DNA from: an uncultured Clostridia bacterium
Lineage (GTDB): Bacteria; Bacillota; Clostridia; TANB77; CAG-508
Assembly: GCA_947623725.1 (NCBI GenBank)
Contig: CANQHI010000003.1
Location: 2,328 to 66,327 of the forward strand
DNA: 64,000 bases
Reading direction: 5' to 3'
In this document: positions 1 to 10,056 of the stretch, piece by piece
Layout of the letters: every line of letters begins with the position of its first letter
How positions within the stretch are numbered: the stretch's first letter is position 1
Program-made: the position numbers and the translations under genes
Notes under the pieces: generated by a model
What the model was told of the DNA's origin: nothing
Database searches by the model: none
Seen by the model: the letters and a program-made list of their open reading frames with translations, nothing else

Positions 1-434
1 TCTACATAGCGCATATCAATAGCTTTAAACATAGCACATGCTACCATTTCTTCATCAATGTACTCAATAGGCATATACTCAAAATCATTAAGTTCAAACT
101 CAAGGCTATAATAATCTGTTGCAATATGATCTTTAAAGAATTTCCTGTCAAACATTTTCGGATTTTCTTTTACATATTTAACAATATCTTCAAATGCACC
201 TGATAATGTATGTAAGAAAAATCCTCTTGTCCGATAACGCTCAGGAACATCTCTCAATTTGATTTTTCCATACTTAATAGCATCTACATAGTGTCCAGGC
301 ATTAAATTGTCTGGAGAGCATTTTGCACTATCCCAAAAATAAATCCGCATATTATCTTTTTTGCCTCGCGAATACCCTTTCTCCTTGAAACCTTCTTCAA
401 GCCTCTTATAAGCTTGCATTTCTGTGATTTTCAT
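1..434 (-). CDS. hypothetical protein, N-terminal part only (gene runs off the window start); DUF4116-like repeat units
   Basis: Not in the ORF track because it is truncated. ATG is the complement of 432-434, preceded by GGAGG (complement of 440-444, 5-nt spacer). The frame stays open to position 1. My translation is MKITEMQAYKRLEEGFKEKGYSRGKKDNMRIYFWD... The segments LRDVPERYRTRGFF and YMPIEYIDEEMVACAMFKAI resemble DUF4116 repeat units. Confidence 0.5.
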   Translation of the reverse strand, partial: MKITEMQAYKRLEEGFKEKGYSRGKKDNMRIYFWDSAKCSPDNLMPGHYVDAIKYGKIKLRDVPERYRTRGFFLHTLSGAFEDIVKYVKENPKMFDRKFFKDHIATDYYSLEFELNDFEYMPIEYIDEEMVACAMFKAIDMRYV

Positions 435-609
435 TTTTTCCTCCTTAAATAAATTTATTGATGCTTATATATTATCTATGTTCACTCTTTAAAGAGATTA
501 TAAAAAAATAGCTCATTTGCTAGTTAACATAAATTATAGCATAAAAATCTCATTATTGCAATATTAGGTTTATTATGTTATGATTACAAAAATTAATGAG
601 GTTAATTAA

Positions 610-1650
610 ATGAACAAATATTATGATAATGTTAGTAGCGAAATCAAAGAATATTTTAAAATACTAGAACCTGAATTTCCAGTATGGCTAAATGAATATA
701 TAGATACGAAAGAATTATTATCACAACAATACATCTGTGTTACATGTGGTACAATTTATTCTGATTTATTTGAAAGTGATTTTTTCTTTTCAAGTCTAGA
801 TCATTCAGTAGCTGTTGCTTTAATAATATGGCATTTTACACATGATAAAAAACAAACTTTATCTGGATTATTTCATGATATAGCAACACCTGCATTTAAA
901 CATTGTGTAGATTTTCTTAATGGTGATTACATGACTCAAGAAACCACAGAAGATTTAACAACTGAATTGATTAAACAATCAAAAGAAATTATGACTCTTT
1001 TAAAAAGAGATAACATTGATATAACAGAAGTAGATAACTATCATCTTTATCCAATAGCTGATAATGATACTCCAAAGTTATCTGCTGATAGACTAGAATA
1101 TTCTTTATCAAATGCTCTATTTTCTTATAGATTATCAGACTTAGCAATTATTAAAGAAATATATAATGATATAGAAATTCAAAAAAATGAAGAAAACGAA
1201 ATTGAATTAGGATTTAAGACTAAAAAAATAGCTAGAAATTTTATAAAAATTACAAGCAGATTATCAGTTATATATCGTGAAGATAGAACTCGATATTCTA
1301 TGCAATTTATAGCTGATATTTTAAAAAAGTTAAATGAGGAAAATAAAATATCAAAAAAAGATTTATATGAAATGAAAGAAAGTGAAGTAATTAATATTAT
1401 TGAATCTTCTAAATATAAAGAAGTCTTTAATATGTGGAAAAATGCAAAAAAAGTTCAAGTATCAACTGATGAACCAAAAAATGTATATTATGTGCATCAT
1501 GGAGCAAAAATAAGATATATTGATCCTTTATTTAATGGAGAAAGAATGTCTAAATGTTGCAAAATAGCTAGAAAAATGATTGATAATAATTTATCTTATG
1601 ATATGAATAAATTCGTATATCTGAATTTTGATTTTCCAAACACTGTTTGA
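610..1650 (+). CDS. HD-superfamily metal-dependent phosphohydrolase-like protein
   Basis: 346-aa ORF, one of only two plus-strand genes. H...HD pattern: SLDHSVAVALIIWHFTHD and LFHDIATPAFKH. GAGG lies about 11 nt upstream of the ATG. Confidence 0.55.
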   Translation: MNKYYDNVSSEIKEYFKILEPEFPVWLNEYIDTKELLSQQYICVTCGTIYSDLFESDFFFSSLDHSVAVALIIWHFTHDKKQTLSGLFHDIATPAFKHCVDFLNGDYMTQETTEDLTTELIKQSKEIMTLLKRDNIDITEVDNYHLYPIADNDTPKLSADRLEYSLSNALFSYRLSDLAIIKEIYNDIEIQKNEENEIELGFKTKKIARNFIKITSRLSVIYREDRTRYSMQFIADILKKLNEENKISKKDLYEMKESEVINIIESSKYKEVFNMWKNAKKVQVSTDEPKNVYYVHHGAKIRYIDPLFNGERMSKCCKIARKMIDNNLSYDMNKFVYLNFDFPNTV

Positions 1651-2478
1651 AAAGATTTTACTCCATATCTTGGAACATAGTCCTTTTTTACAACTAGCAA
1701 TAGAAGTTTTCCACAATGTTTCTTGCTCCGTATAATGTAACCATCAACACTATCCAAAAACACATTTTGATTAGTTAAATACGGAATGATTACAACATAC
1801 CCCCACGGAGCATCTCCCACAGGAATTTGCCCTTTGAATAGTTTTTTCTGACACCATTTGTCAGTTGTTTTGACAGGTCTTATCTCGCAATCAAGCAAGG
1901 AATACCTATCGGATTGCAATTGCTTGTTCCGTCTGGAGTTGATTAAAAACCTCGTCAACTTTTTTATCATGTTCTAATAGTTTGTATTCCATATTTGTTA
2001 ATCTTTCAAATACTTGTCCATTAATCATTAACAATTTTCTCATTTCAATAAAGGCTTTCATGATATTTACGCTAACACTTACTGCAACATCACTTTTTAG
2101 TAAAGCTGATAACATTGCTATACCTTGTTCAGTAAATACATAAGGCAAATATTTTCTATGTTGTCCTCTTCCATTTCCGTTTAAGGTGACAAATTGGCAC
2201 CTTAAAACTTCAAATTCTTTTTCATTTAATTGAAAACAAAAATCTTCTGGAAATCTCTCAATATTCCTTTTTACTATACGATTTACATATTTAGTCCCAC
2301 AATGATATAACATTGCTACATCACTATCCAACATAACTTTTTTTCCCCTTACTGTATATATTAAATTCTTTATATCTTCATTTGATAACTCATTTGGAAC
2401 TATTAAATTATTTCCTTCCATAAATTCACATCCTTTTTTATTTGTACGCATCGTAAAACATTTGTTTGCAATCGTCAA
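1596..2478 (-). pseudogene. ORF6N-family (KilA-N-like DNA-binding) gene whose C-terminal part is out of frame
   Basis: ORF 1906-2478 (190 aa) carries the ORF6N-type N-terminus (RGKKVMLDSDVAMLY...RNIERFPEDFCFQL...LPYVFTEQGIAMLSALLKS). The overlapping ORF 1596-1970 (124 aa, different frame) contains KKLFKGQI..DA...FLDSVDGYI, which resembles the usual continuation of these proteins (FF.GQ..DAY...LIDNY). The 1650-1970 stretch is visibly less AT-rich than its surroundings. Confidence 0.45.
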
Positions 2479-2724
2479 TACCTTTATAAATATTTTAAGT
2501 TTTGATAAAATATTTTTTTATTAATAGCAAAGGAAAATGTATAACAAGTAAAAATTATTGTGATAAATTTATCTCAAAGTGAAATAAATCATATTGTAAA
2601 ATTGTAATGGGAGAAAACACTAAAGCAGGAAAAAGAAAAAGGTCATATATTAAATACTTATAAGAATAAGCAAATAAAAAATTCACATAAATATTATAAA
2701 AACAATAAACTATTAGCATAATAT

Positions 2725-2773
2725 AAATAAGTATGAATAAATAATTAAAGCTATCTATTCATACTTATTTTTT
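2725..2773 (+). terminator. plus-strand-oriented hairpin with T-run and no annotated plus-strand gene upstream
   Basis: Perfect 15-bp stem aaataagtatgaata (2725-2739) / tattcatacttattt (2756-2770) with a 16-nt loop, followed by a T-run. The stem is AT-only, so stability is modest. Confidence 0.3.
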
Positions 2774-2870
2774 AATGTAATTATTTTTTTAATGTAAATA
2801 TTTTTCTTTTTTAATGTAATTTTTTAACTATTTTATAAAAAATATTAAAATTTTATAAAATAAATTTCTG

Positions 2871-2944
2871 TGGAGCGAATAACGGGAATCGAACCCGTAC
2901 GACCAGGTCGGAAGCATGGCATTCTACCATTAAATTATATTCGC
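2871..2944 (-). tRNA. tRNA-Gly (anticodon UCC)
   Basis: The reverse complement folds as a 74-nt cloverleaf. Acceptor GCGAATA/TATTCGC, D arm ATTT-AATGGTA-GAAT, anticodon loop CTTCCGA, T arm ACGGG-TTCGATT-CCCGT, discriminator U and encoded CCA. There is one T-C mismatch in the anticodon stem (positions 30-40). Confidence 0.85.
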
Positions 2945-2991
2945 ATATTATACAATATAGATTATAATCTATATTGCATTAATTTTTATTA

Positions 2992-3708
2992 TTATTCTAT
3001 ATTATCAATAAAACTCTGATCAATTGTGTCTGCAGTCTCTTGTGTAATATAGTTTTCTTTTACCATAGCATTTATTACTTGTTTTTGTCTTTGTTTGCAA
3101 AACTCTTTGTTTACAGTTGGTGCATATACACTTGGTGCATTTGGAACACCCGCAAGCATTGTGGCTTCTGATAAAGTCATTTCAGATGGTTCTTTTTTCA
3201 AATAGCCATTGCAAGCTTCTTTTATTCCATAATATCCATTGCCAAAATAAATTGTATTTACATATAACTCTAAAATATCATTCTTGTCAGTATATTTTTT
3301 TTCTAAATCAATCGCTGTAAAAACTTCTGCTACTTTTCTTTTTAGTACGTTATTCTCATTTATATAGTATATATTTTTTGCTACTTGCTGAGTAATTGTA
3401 CTTCCACCTTCTCTTAACTCTTGATTTTTTAAATTAGAGAATAATGCTCTTAATATACCAATAAAATCAACTGGTCCATGAGAATAAAATCTTCTATCTT
3501 CGATTGCTACAACAGCATTCAAATAATCTTTTGGTAAATCTTCTTTTTTTACAAAGGTATAGTCATTTCTTATTTCACTAACTCTAGATTCTATTGGAAC
3601 CATTTTTATTGTGTCTTTATAATATTTATATCCATATATAGTTACTCCTGCAACAGCTACTATGACAGTTATTAAAATTAACAAGAAAATTTTTTTTATT
3701 AATTTCAT
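2992..3708 (-). CDS. mtgA: monofunctional peptidoglycan glycosyltransferase (GT51)
   Basis: 238 aa with an N-terminal TM helix followed by GT51 motifs AIEDRRFYSHGPVD and GGSTITQQVAKN. No transpeptidase domain. Confidence 0.8.
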   Translation of the reverse strand: MKLIKKIFLLILITVIVAVAGVTIYGYKYYKDTIKMVPIESRVSEIRNDYTFVKKEDLPKDYLNAVVAIEDRRFYSHGPVDFIGILRALFSNLKNQELREGGSTITQQVAKNIYYINENNVLKRKVAEVFTAIDLEKKYTDKNDILELYVNTIYFGNGYYGIKEACNGYLKKEPSEMTLSEATMLAGVPNAPSVYAPTVNKEFCKQRQKQVINAMVKENYITQETADTIDQSFIDNIE

Positions 3709-3790
3709 CTTTTCTCCATTTCAATAAATAGCTTGACTACTATCTTTTATATAATACTATAATTTTAAATTAATTTCAACTTTTCTATTT

Positions 3791-4201
3791 TTAGTACTCT
3801 TCAATTTTTACATATACCTTTTCTAATTCACCATATTTTTTTTCTATTAATAATTTAGCTACCTGATTATCGTCTTTAAATACAAATTTATTCATCGCAT
3901 CTAATATTGACTTTGCAATATTATCTATATCTGGTTTCCTTGTTGGACTTATATTTCCATTAAGCATTTCTTCTGTCTTTTTTTTGCTTGTATTTTGGGG
4001 AATTTTTATATATGCAATAATTTCAACTGATATTCTATTTGTCAACATCTCAAAATTTTTATATTTTATCTTAAAATATTCTTGTATAAGTGTTTCATAA
4101 TCTTTTGTTTTTGTTGGAGTATAAACAATATTATTATATGTATTTACTCTTGGTCTCTCTTTTCCTATAATATCACCTATTACTTCAAATTCATACTGCA
4201 T
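3791..4201 (-). CDS. rusA: RusA-family crossover junction endodeoxyribonuclease
   Basis: 136 aa. GKERPRV near the N-terminus and KPDIDNIAKSILDAMN..FKDDNQV are typical of RusA resolvases. Confidence 0.75.
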   Translation of the reverse strand: MQYEFEVIGDIIGKERPRVNTYNNIVYTPTKTKDYETLIQEYFKIKYKNFEMLTNRISVEIIAYIKIPQNTSKKKTEEMLNGNISPTRKPDIDNIAKSILDAMNKFVFKDDNQVAKLLIEKKYGELEKVYVKIEEY

Positions 4202-4211
4202 AAAAATCTCC

Positions 4212-5000
4212 TCAAACTTCTATCTTTTCATTATCTTTACTATTTATATTTTTATTAATTTTTATAAAATCTTTAACTGATTGAATTCTAATCTTTAAAA
4301 TCTTTTTAATATTAATCGAATTTTTTCCACCTTGTCTTGGTTTAAATGTAATTGGAATATATTTTACTTTTAACTTTTCTTTTTCAAATAATACTGATAT
4401 AAGTACATTTGATAAATAATAATCCTTTGGTATATATTTTAGTTGTGCTTTTAGGCTATCTGCTTTCATTAGTCTAAATGGTGTATTTGCATCTGTTACA
4501 GTTACTCCAAAACATATTTTTATAACCAATTTTAGAATTTTGGTTACTATTTTCCTTGCTATACCATCTTTTCTATCATTTCGATGTCCTATTACCATAT
4601 CATAATCTTTTCTTTGCTCCCAAAAATTCCAGAATTCTTTTGAAGTAGTCTGTCCGTCAGAATCTGTTTGAAAAATATATTTTGCTCCTTCTTCTATTAC
4701 ATAATTATAACCATATAATAAAGTTGGACCATGTCCACTATTTTCCTTAGTTTTTACTATAAAATTAGGTTTACTTTTTGCACATTCTTTCATTATTTCA
4801 AAAGTATTGTCTTTACTTCCATCATCTATTACTACTAATTTACTTGAGTTTCCTATTTTTTCAACTACCTCATACCACTCTTCTATTACATTTTTTATAT
4901 TTTCTTCCTCATTATATGCTGGAATGACAATATACACATTATCTTCTTGATTATCACTGTGCTTTTTCTTGTATGCAGTTTCATTTTTATCACTTTTCAT
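4212..5000 (-). CDS. family 2 glycosyltransferase (polyprenol-phosphate sugar transferase-like, soluble type)
   Basis: VIPAYNEEENI, VIDDGSKDNT and QTDSDGQ motifs. 262 aa with no C-terminal TM helices. Confidence 0.75.
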   Translation of the reverse strand: MKSDKNETAYKKKHSDNQEDNVYIVIPAYNEEENIKNVIEEWYEVVEKIGNSSKLVVIDDGSKDNTFEIMKECAKSKPNFIVKTKENSGHGPTLLYGYNYVIEEGAKYIFQTDSDGQTTSKEFWNFWEQRKDYDMVIGHRNDRKDGIARKIVTKILKLVIKICFGVTVTDANTPFRLMKADSLKAQLKYIPKDYYLSNVLISVLFEKEKLKVKYIPITFKPRQGGKNSINIKKILKIRIQSVKDFIKINKNINSKDNEKIEV

Positions 5001-5071
5001 TATTTTTATCCTTCCATTCTTATAATTTTTTTTATTATAACAATATATGAGTTTTTTTTCAATACACTAGT

Positions 5072-5130
5072 AAAAAAAGGTTATACTTTGTGAAGTGAAT
5101 ATTTTTGTGGTTCACTTCATGTATAACCTT
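5072..5130 (-). terminator. intrinsic terminator downstream of pyk
   Basis: The minus strand reads AAGGTTATACATGAAGTGAA-CCACAAAAATA-TTCACTTCACAAAGTATAACCTT followed by TTTTTTT. It starts 8 nt after the pyk stop. Confidence 0.7.
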
Positions 5131-5137
5131 CTTTTAT

Positions 5138-6577
5138 TTATATTTTGATTATTCCTCCAATAGTTTTGTTAATAGGGCATTTTGTTAGTGGAACTATTTT
5201 ATCTCCACCTGCTACTACTATTACATCACCTTTTTCAATATATCCTTCCTTTTTTAATCTTTCTATTCCATCTTCTATTGTTTTATTAATAGTTTCTTTA
5301 GCTTCTATAAATATTGGCGTTACTCCCCAAATTAAAGCTAATTGATTAAATGTTCTTCTATTATCTGTTATTGCAAAAATAGGGCAACCTACTCCTACAC
5401 CTGACAAGTATCTTGCTGAACTTCCAGTGTGTGTATAACATACAATTGCTTCAACTTTCATATTCTTAGCTGCAGTTGCAGTTGCATAAGCAACGTTTTG
5501 TTCTAATGATTTTAATGCACTTGTATCATTTTCTGAAAACCTTTTCCAATAGTCAATTTCTTGTTCTATTCTTCTTGCAATTTTATCCATTGTTTTTACA
5601 CATTCTACTGGATAATCTCCTACTGCACATTCTCCTGAAAGCATTATTGCTCCAGTTCTATCATATATTGCATTTGCAACGTCACTAGCTTCTGCTCTTG
5701 TTGGAAGTGGCTCATGTGTCATTGATTCTAGCATTTGTGTTGCAGTTATACTTGGCTTACTTTGCATATTACATAATTTGATAAATTTCTTTTGCATAAT
5801 TGGTGGTTCTGTAAAATCTGTTTCTGTTGCTAAATCACCACGTGCTACCATCTGACCATCTGCATTTTTTATTATTTCATTAGCATTTTCTATACCTTCT
5901 ATATTTTCAATTTTAGTTATAATTTGTATATCTTTTCCACCATTTTCATCTAAAACTTTTCTTACTTGTTCTATATCATCTTTATTTCTTGTAAAAGACA
6001 TTGCTACATAGTCATATTCATGCTCACAAGCTGTTTTTAAATCTTGTATATCTTTTTCTTTTAATGCTGGCAATTTAATTGCAGTTCCCGGAAAATTAAC
6101 TGTTTTTCTACTTCCTAATCCATTTCCATGTACTACAGTACACACTACATCTTTACCTGCAATTTCATCAACTACTAATTCTATTGCTCCGTCATCAATT
6201 AAAACTTTAGCTCCTACTTTTACATCTTTATATAATTCTTTATATGAAATTGATACTCTATCTTTATTTCCAACAATATCTTCATTTACAAATGTAAATT
6301 TTTGTCCATCTTCTAACATTATCTTGTCGTTTCCAGTTTCTAAAACTCCAGTTCTAACTTCCGGACCTTGCATATCAAGTATCAATGATATAGGTAAATC
6401 CATTTCTTTTCTAAGCCTTATTATTTCTTCTGTTTTTTCTTTTTGATCTTCCCAGCTTCCATGTGAATAATTAATTCTTGTTGCATTTAATCCTGCATCA
6501 AATAACTCCTTTAATTTTTTTTCACTAGCTGGTCCTATTGTGCCTACAATTTTTGTTTTTCTTAAAATTTTGTTCAT
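5138..6577 (-). CDS. pyk: pyruvate kinase
   Basis: 479 aa. KIVGTIGPAS, RINYSHGS and MVARGDL motifs with full-length architecture. Confidence 0.95.
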   Translation of the reverse strand: MNKILRKTKIVGTIGPASEKKLKELFDAGLNATRINYSHGSWEDQKEKTEEIIRLRKEMDLPISLILDMQGPEVRTGVLETGNDKIMLEDGQKFTFVNEDIVGNKDRVSISYKELYKDVKVGAKVLIDDGAIELVVDEIAGKDVVCTVVHGNGLGSRKTVNFPGTAIKLPALKEKDIQDLKTACEHEYDYVAMSFTRNKDDIEQVRKVLDENGGKDIQIITKIENIEGIENANEIIKNADGQMVARGDLATETDFTEPPIMQKKFIKLCNMQSKPSITATQMLESMTHEPLPTRAEASDVANAIYDRTGAIMLSGECAVGDYPVECVKTMDKIARRIEQEIDYWKRFSENDTSALKSLEQNVAYATATAAKNMKVEAIVCYTHTGSSARYLSGVGVGCPIFAITDNRRTFNQLALIWGVTPIFIEAKETINKTIEDGIERLKKEGYIEKGDVIVVAGGDKIVPLTKCPINKTIGGIIKI

Positions 6578-6838
6578 TTTAAATTAAAATCCTTTCTTTT
6601 ATCATTTAGTTTTTCTTATATTTTGTATTATTTTTAAACAACATTTATTATTATAACATTATATTCTAGAGGTTGCAATATTTTTTCTTTTAATTAAGTA
6701 GAAATTGCATTTACTTTTTTACCCCTCGATTTAATAAATTGAACCTAACTTATTTTATTATGTTGTATTTCATTAAAAAATATGCTATTATATCAATAAT
6801 TTCGTAATTAGTTCTTAATTACACACAATGAACCACAT

Positions 6839-6874
6839 AGGCCCTACAATTCTTATGTAGGGCCTTTTTCTTTT
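6839..6874 (+). terminator. GC-rich hairpin plus T-run oriented for the plus strand, located 7 nt from the glgP stop
   Basis: 10-bp stem aggccctaca (6839-6848) / tgtagggcct (6856-6865), loop attctta, then ttttctttt (6866-6874). On the minus strand the stem is preceded by the A-run and lacks a clean U-tract. Confidence 0.5.
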
Positions 6875-6880
6875 GATATT

Positions 6881-9454
6881 TTAATCACTTATCCATTGTA
6901 TTAAATTCAAATCTGTAGCATTAATTAACAAATTATTTTTTGGAATTACCCTAAATGTATATCCATAATCTCCACCAGATTTTAGTTCTATTTTCGCACT
7001 AAATTTATATTTTTTATCTTCTTTATTTTTTTCTAATTGCATTGATGTTATCTGTATATCATCTAGTACTCCATCTTTATTAATTTTTCCATAATATACT
7101 TGTACTTCAATATTTTCAATATTAATTAAATCATTAGGTAATTCAACAAAACATTCTACATTAATATTATTTCCTGCATCTACAGTTGTATCATTATAGT
7201 TTTCTTTGCTTTGAGTAATTTTTATGTTTTTCCATTGTTTTGCAACTGTTTTTTTCCAATCTTCAAATTCCATAACATTACTCAATTCTTTATAATATTT
7301 TTTATAAATATCACATAATGGAATATAAAGTTCTTCTAAATAATCTTGTAACATTCTTGCAGTACTGTATTTTCCAGCAATTGAGGCTATACAGTTTTTC
7401 ATAACTTTAAGCCATTCTTTCGAATATACTCTATTTTCTTTTTCATAATACATTGGAATAATTTTACTTTCTAATGTATCATATAAACTCTTTGCATCTT
7501 CTTCATCTTGTTCTTCATAATTTTGATATTTTATATTACTTCCAATTGTCCAGCCGTTTTTTTGGTTATATCCTTCAGCCCACCATCCATCTAAAATACT
7601 AAAATTAATTACACCATTTACTGCTGCTTTTTGTCCACTTGTTCCAGATGCTTCCATTGGTCTTCTAGGAGTGTTTAGCCATACATCTACACCAGATATT
7701 AAATATCTTGACATTCCTATATTATAGTTTTCTAGTATAAATATTTTTCCTTTAAATTGTGGCTTTAATGAAAGTTCATGTATATATTTAACTAATTCTT
7801 GTCCTTCCACATCATTTGGATGTGCCTTTCCAGCAAATATTATCTGAATTGGCATATTTTTTTCATTACATATTTTTGTGATTCTTTCTAAATCTTTAAA
7901 AACCAATTTTGCTCTCTTATATGTTGCAAATCTTCTAGCAAATCCAATTGTTAAAACATTTTCATCAAGATTATCAACTATACTATTTATTTCTTCATAA
8001 GAATAATTATATCTTCTTAATCTATTAGTTGTTGATTCTTTGACTATTGATAGTAATTTCTTCTTTCTTGATTGATGAACTCTCCATAACTTTTCGTCTG
8101 GAATTTTATATATATCTTTCCAAACATCATCATCTTGAATATTATCTTGCCAATACGGTCTTAAATATGAATTATATAATTCTTTCATAGTTGGTGCAAG
8201 CCATGAACAAGTATGTACTCCATTTGTTACATAAGTAATTGGAGTTTCATTTGATGGAATATCTGGCCATACATCACTAAATAATTCTCTTGATACTGCT
8301 CCATGCAATTTACTTACACCATTTTTCTTTCCTGCTATTTTTAATGCTAATATTCCCATATTAAATGATGTTTTTTCATTGTCTCCTGGTTTCATACCTA
8401 ACTTAAAAAATTCTTCTTTTGAAATACCTAGCTTATTCCAATATTTATCAAAATATTTTTCAACTAAACTTACAGGGAATATATCATTTCCTGCTGGAAC
8501 TGGAGTATGCGTTGTAAATATAGTTCTTGATGTAACTATATCTTTTGCAATTTCAAATGATAACTCTTTTTCTTTTATTGTGTCTTTTATTAACTCTAAA
8601 GTTAGAAATGCAGAATGTCCTTCATTCATGTGATATACAGATGGTTTAATTCCAAGCGTATTTAACAGATTTATTCCACCTATACCAAGAATAATTTCTT
8701 GTTTAATTCTCATTTCTTGATCTCCGCCATATAGCATTGATGTTATATTTCTAAATTCTGGATCATTTTCTTCTACATCAGAATCAAGTAAGTATAATGT
8801 AATTCTTCCAACTTCTATCTTCCATACTTTTAAATAAACTTTTTTAGAAAGCATTTTTATTGAAATTAATACATCATTATCTTTTTTATCTTTTACTGGT
8901 TTTATTGGCAAATAATTAACATTTATATCTTTATATAATGTTTCTTGTTCTCCTTTACCATCTATTACTTGATGAAAGTATCCCTTTTTATATAATAACC
9001 CAATTCCAACTAATGGTACTCCCATATCACTAGCAGACTTTAAATAATCTCCTGATAATATTCCTAAACCTCCAGCATATATTGGCAAAGTTTCATCAAG
9101 TCCATATTCCGCTGAAAAATATGCTATTAAGTCATCTCCATTATTTGGATAATGCTTACTAAACCAAGTTGATTTAGTATTCATATAATCTTCATAATTT
9201 TTTACTGCTTTATTGTATTTATTAATAAACTCTTCATTTTGAGCCATCTCTTCTAGTTTTTCTTGAGATACTAACTTTAAGAATTTTATAGGATTCTTTT
9301 CACATTTTTCCCATAAATCTATATCCATTTCCTTAAATAGTTTTAAAAATTCTGTATTCCACGACCACCACAAATTATATGACATATCATATAATTTATC
9401 TATTTTAGCTGGCAATTGTGGTTTTACTGTTATTTTATTAAATATGTAAGACAT
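6881..9454 (-). CDS. glgP: alpha-glucan (glycogen/maltodextrin) phosphorylase, GT35, alpha-glucan-family type
   Basis: GGLGILSGDYLKSASDMGVPLVGIGLLYKKGYFHQ and EASGTSGQKAAVNG (PLP-lysine region). I place the start at the ATG at 9454 (MSYIFNK) because GGAGG sits 6 nt upstream. The ORF-track start at 9499 adds 15 codons. Confidence 0.9.
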   Translation of the reverse strand: MSYIFNKITVKPQLPAKIDKLYDMSYNLWWSWNTEFLKLFKEMDIDLWEKCEKNPIKFLKLVSQEKLEEMAQNEEFINKYNKAVKNYEDYMNTKSTWFSKHYPNNGDDLIAYFSAEYGLDETLPIYAGGLGILSGDYLKSASDMGVPLVGIGLLYKKGYFHQVIDGKGEQETLYKDINVNYLPIKPVKDKKDNDVLISIKMLSKKVYLKVWKIEVGRITLYLLDSDVEENDPEFRNITSMLYGGDQEMRIKQEIILGIGGINLLNTLGIKPSVYHMNEGHSAFLTLELIKDTIKEKELSFEIAKDIVTSRTIFTTHTPVPAGNDIFPVSLVEKYFDKYWNKLGISKEEFFKLGMKPGDNEKTSFNMGILALKIAGKKNGVSKLHGAVSRELFSDVWPDIPSNETPITYVTNGVHTCSWLAPTMKELYNSYLRPYWQDNIQDDDVWKDIYKIPDEKLWRVHQSRKKKLLSIVKESTTNRLRRYNYSYEEINSIVDNLDENVLTIGFARRFATYKRAKLVFKDLERITKICNEKNMPIQIIFAGKAHPNDVEGQELVKYIHELSLKPQFKGKIFILENYNIGMSRYLISGVDVWLNTPRRPMEASGTSGQKAAVNGVINFSILDGWWAEGYNQKNGWTIGSNIKYQNYEEQDEEDAKSLYDTLESKIIPMYYEKENRVYSKEWLKVMKNCIASIAGKYSTARMLQDYLEELYIPLCDIYKKYYKELSNVMEFEDWKKTVAKQWKNIKITQSKENYNDTTVDAGNNINVECFVELPNDLINIENIEVQVYYGKINKDGVLDDIQITSMQLEKNKEDKKYKFSAKIELKSGGDYGYTFRVIPKNNLLINATDLNLIQWISD

Positions 9455-9546
9455 ATTTTTCCTCCCTTGTACTTTAAAACTTTTTTCTATCGTTTTCAAT
9501 TAATATTATCCCTTAACAAAATGTTTTTGTCAATAAAAAATAGATT

Positions 9547-9981
9547 TTATTTTTCCTCTTCTTCTGGTGGATTTAAAATTAAATCTATGTCTTTATCTTT
9601 TAGAATTTCATCTGTTAAATAAATTTTTGCATCTTTGTTTTGAGTTATTGCTGTCATAGCAATATCTTTATCAGATCTTAATTCTTTGCTTGCATATTTT
9701 ATTATAAGCCACTTATTTTTAACTGCTTCTAAAACAACTTCTTTATCATTTCTTAACTCTTTACTTGCGTAATATAATGTTTGTCCATCTTTTTTTACTG
9801 CTTCTAATATAAGTTCTTTATCCGCTAAAAGCTTTTCACTTGCATATGCTAATACCCATGTTGCATTATTTTTTACTGCTTCCATCATAAATTTTTTATC
9901 ATCTGAATGTTCTTCTGCTTCTTCTATTTTATACTCTTTTTCATTTTCTTTATTATCTTGTTCTTTCTCGTTTTCTTCCAT
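9547..9981 (-). CDS. DUF4116 repeat protein
   Basis: Three repeats of the type AYASEKLLADKELILEAVKK / YYASKELRNDKEVVLEAVKN / KYASKELRSDKDIAMTAI after an acidic N-terminus. Confidence 0.7.
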   Translation of the reverse strand: MEENEKEQDNKENEKEYKIEEAEEHSDDKKFMMEAVKNNATWVLAYASEKLLADKELILEAVKKDGQTLYYASKELRNDKEVVLEAVKNKWLIIKYASKELRSDKDIAMTAITQNKDAKIYLTDEILKDKDIDLILNPPEEEEK

Positions 9982-10056
9982 GTTTCACTTTACCCCTTCT
10001 CATCTGCATTTTTATGTTAGCTATGCAATTTTCATTAATTCATATTTAATATATTT

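Noticed and set aside
2607-2663. A mini-ORF MGENTKAGKRKRSYIKYL on the plus strand upstream of the orphan hairpin at 2725-2773.
   Set aside because: There is no Shine-Dalgarno sequence and no convincing promoter. ORFs this short arise readily by chance.
2871-2944. Both tRNAs have one non-Watson-Crick pair in the anticodon stem (T-C at 30-40 in tRNA-Gly, A-C at 31-39 in tRNA-Thr), raising the question of pseudo-tRNAs.
   Set aside because: All other cloverleaf features, the conserved D and T loops, the discriminator bases and the encoded CCA are intact. Single mismatches at these positions are tolerated in genuine tRNAs.
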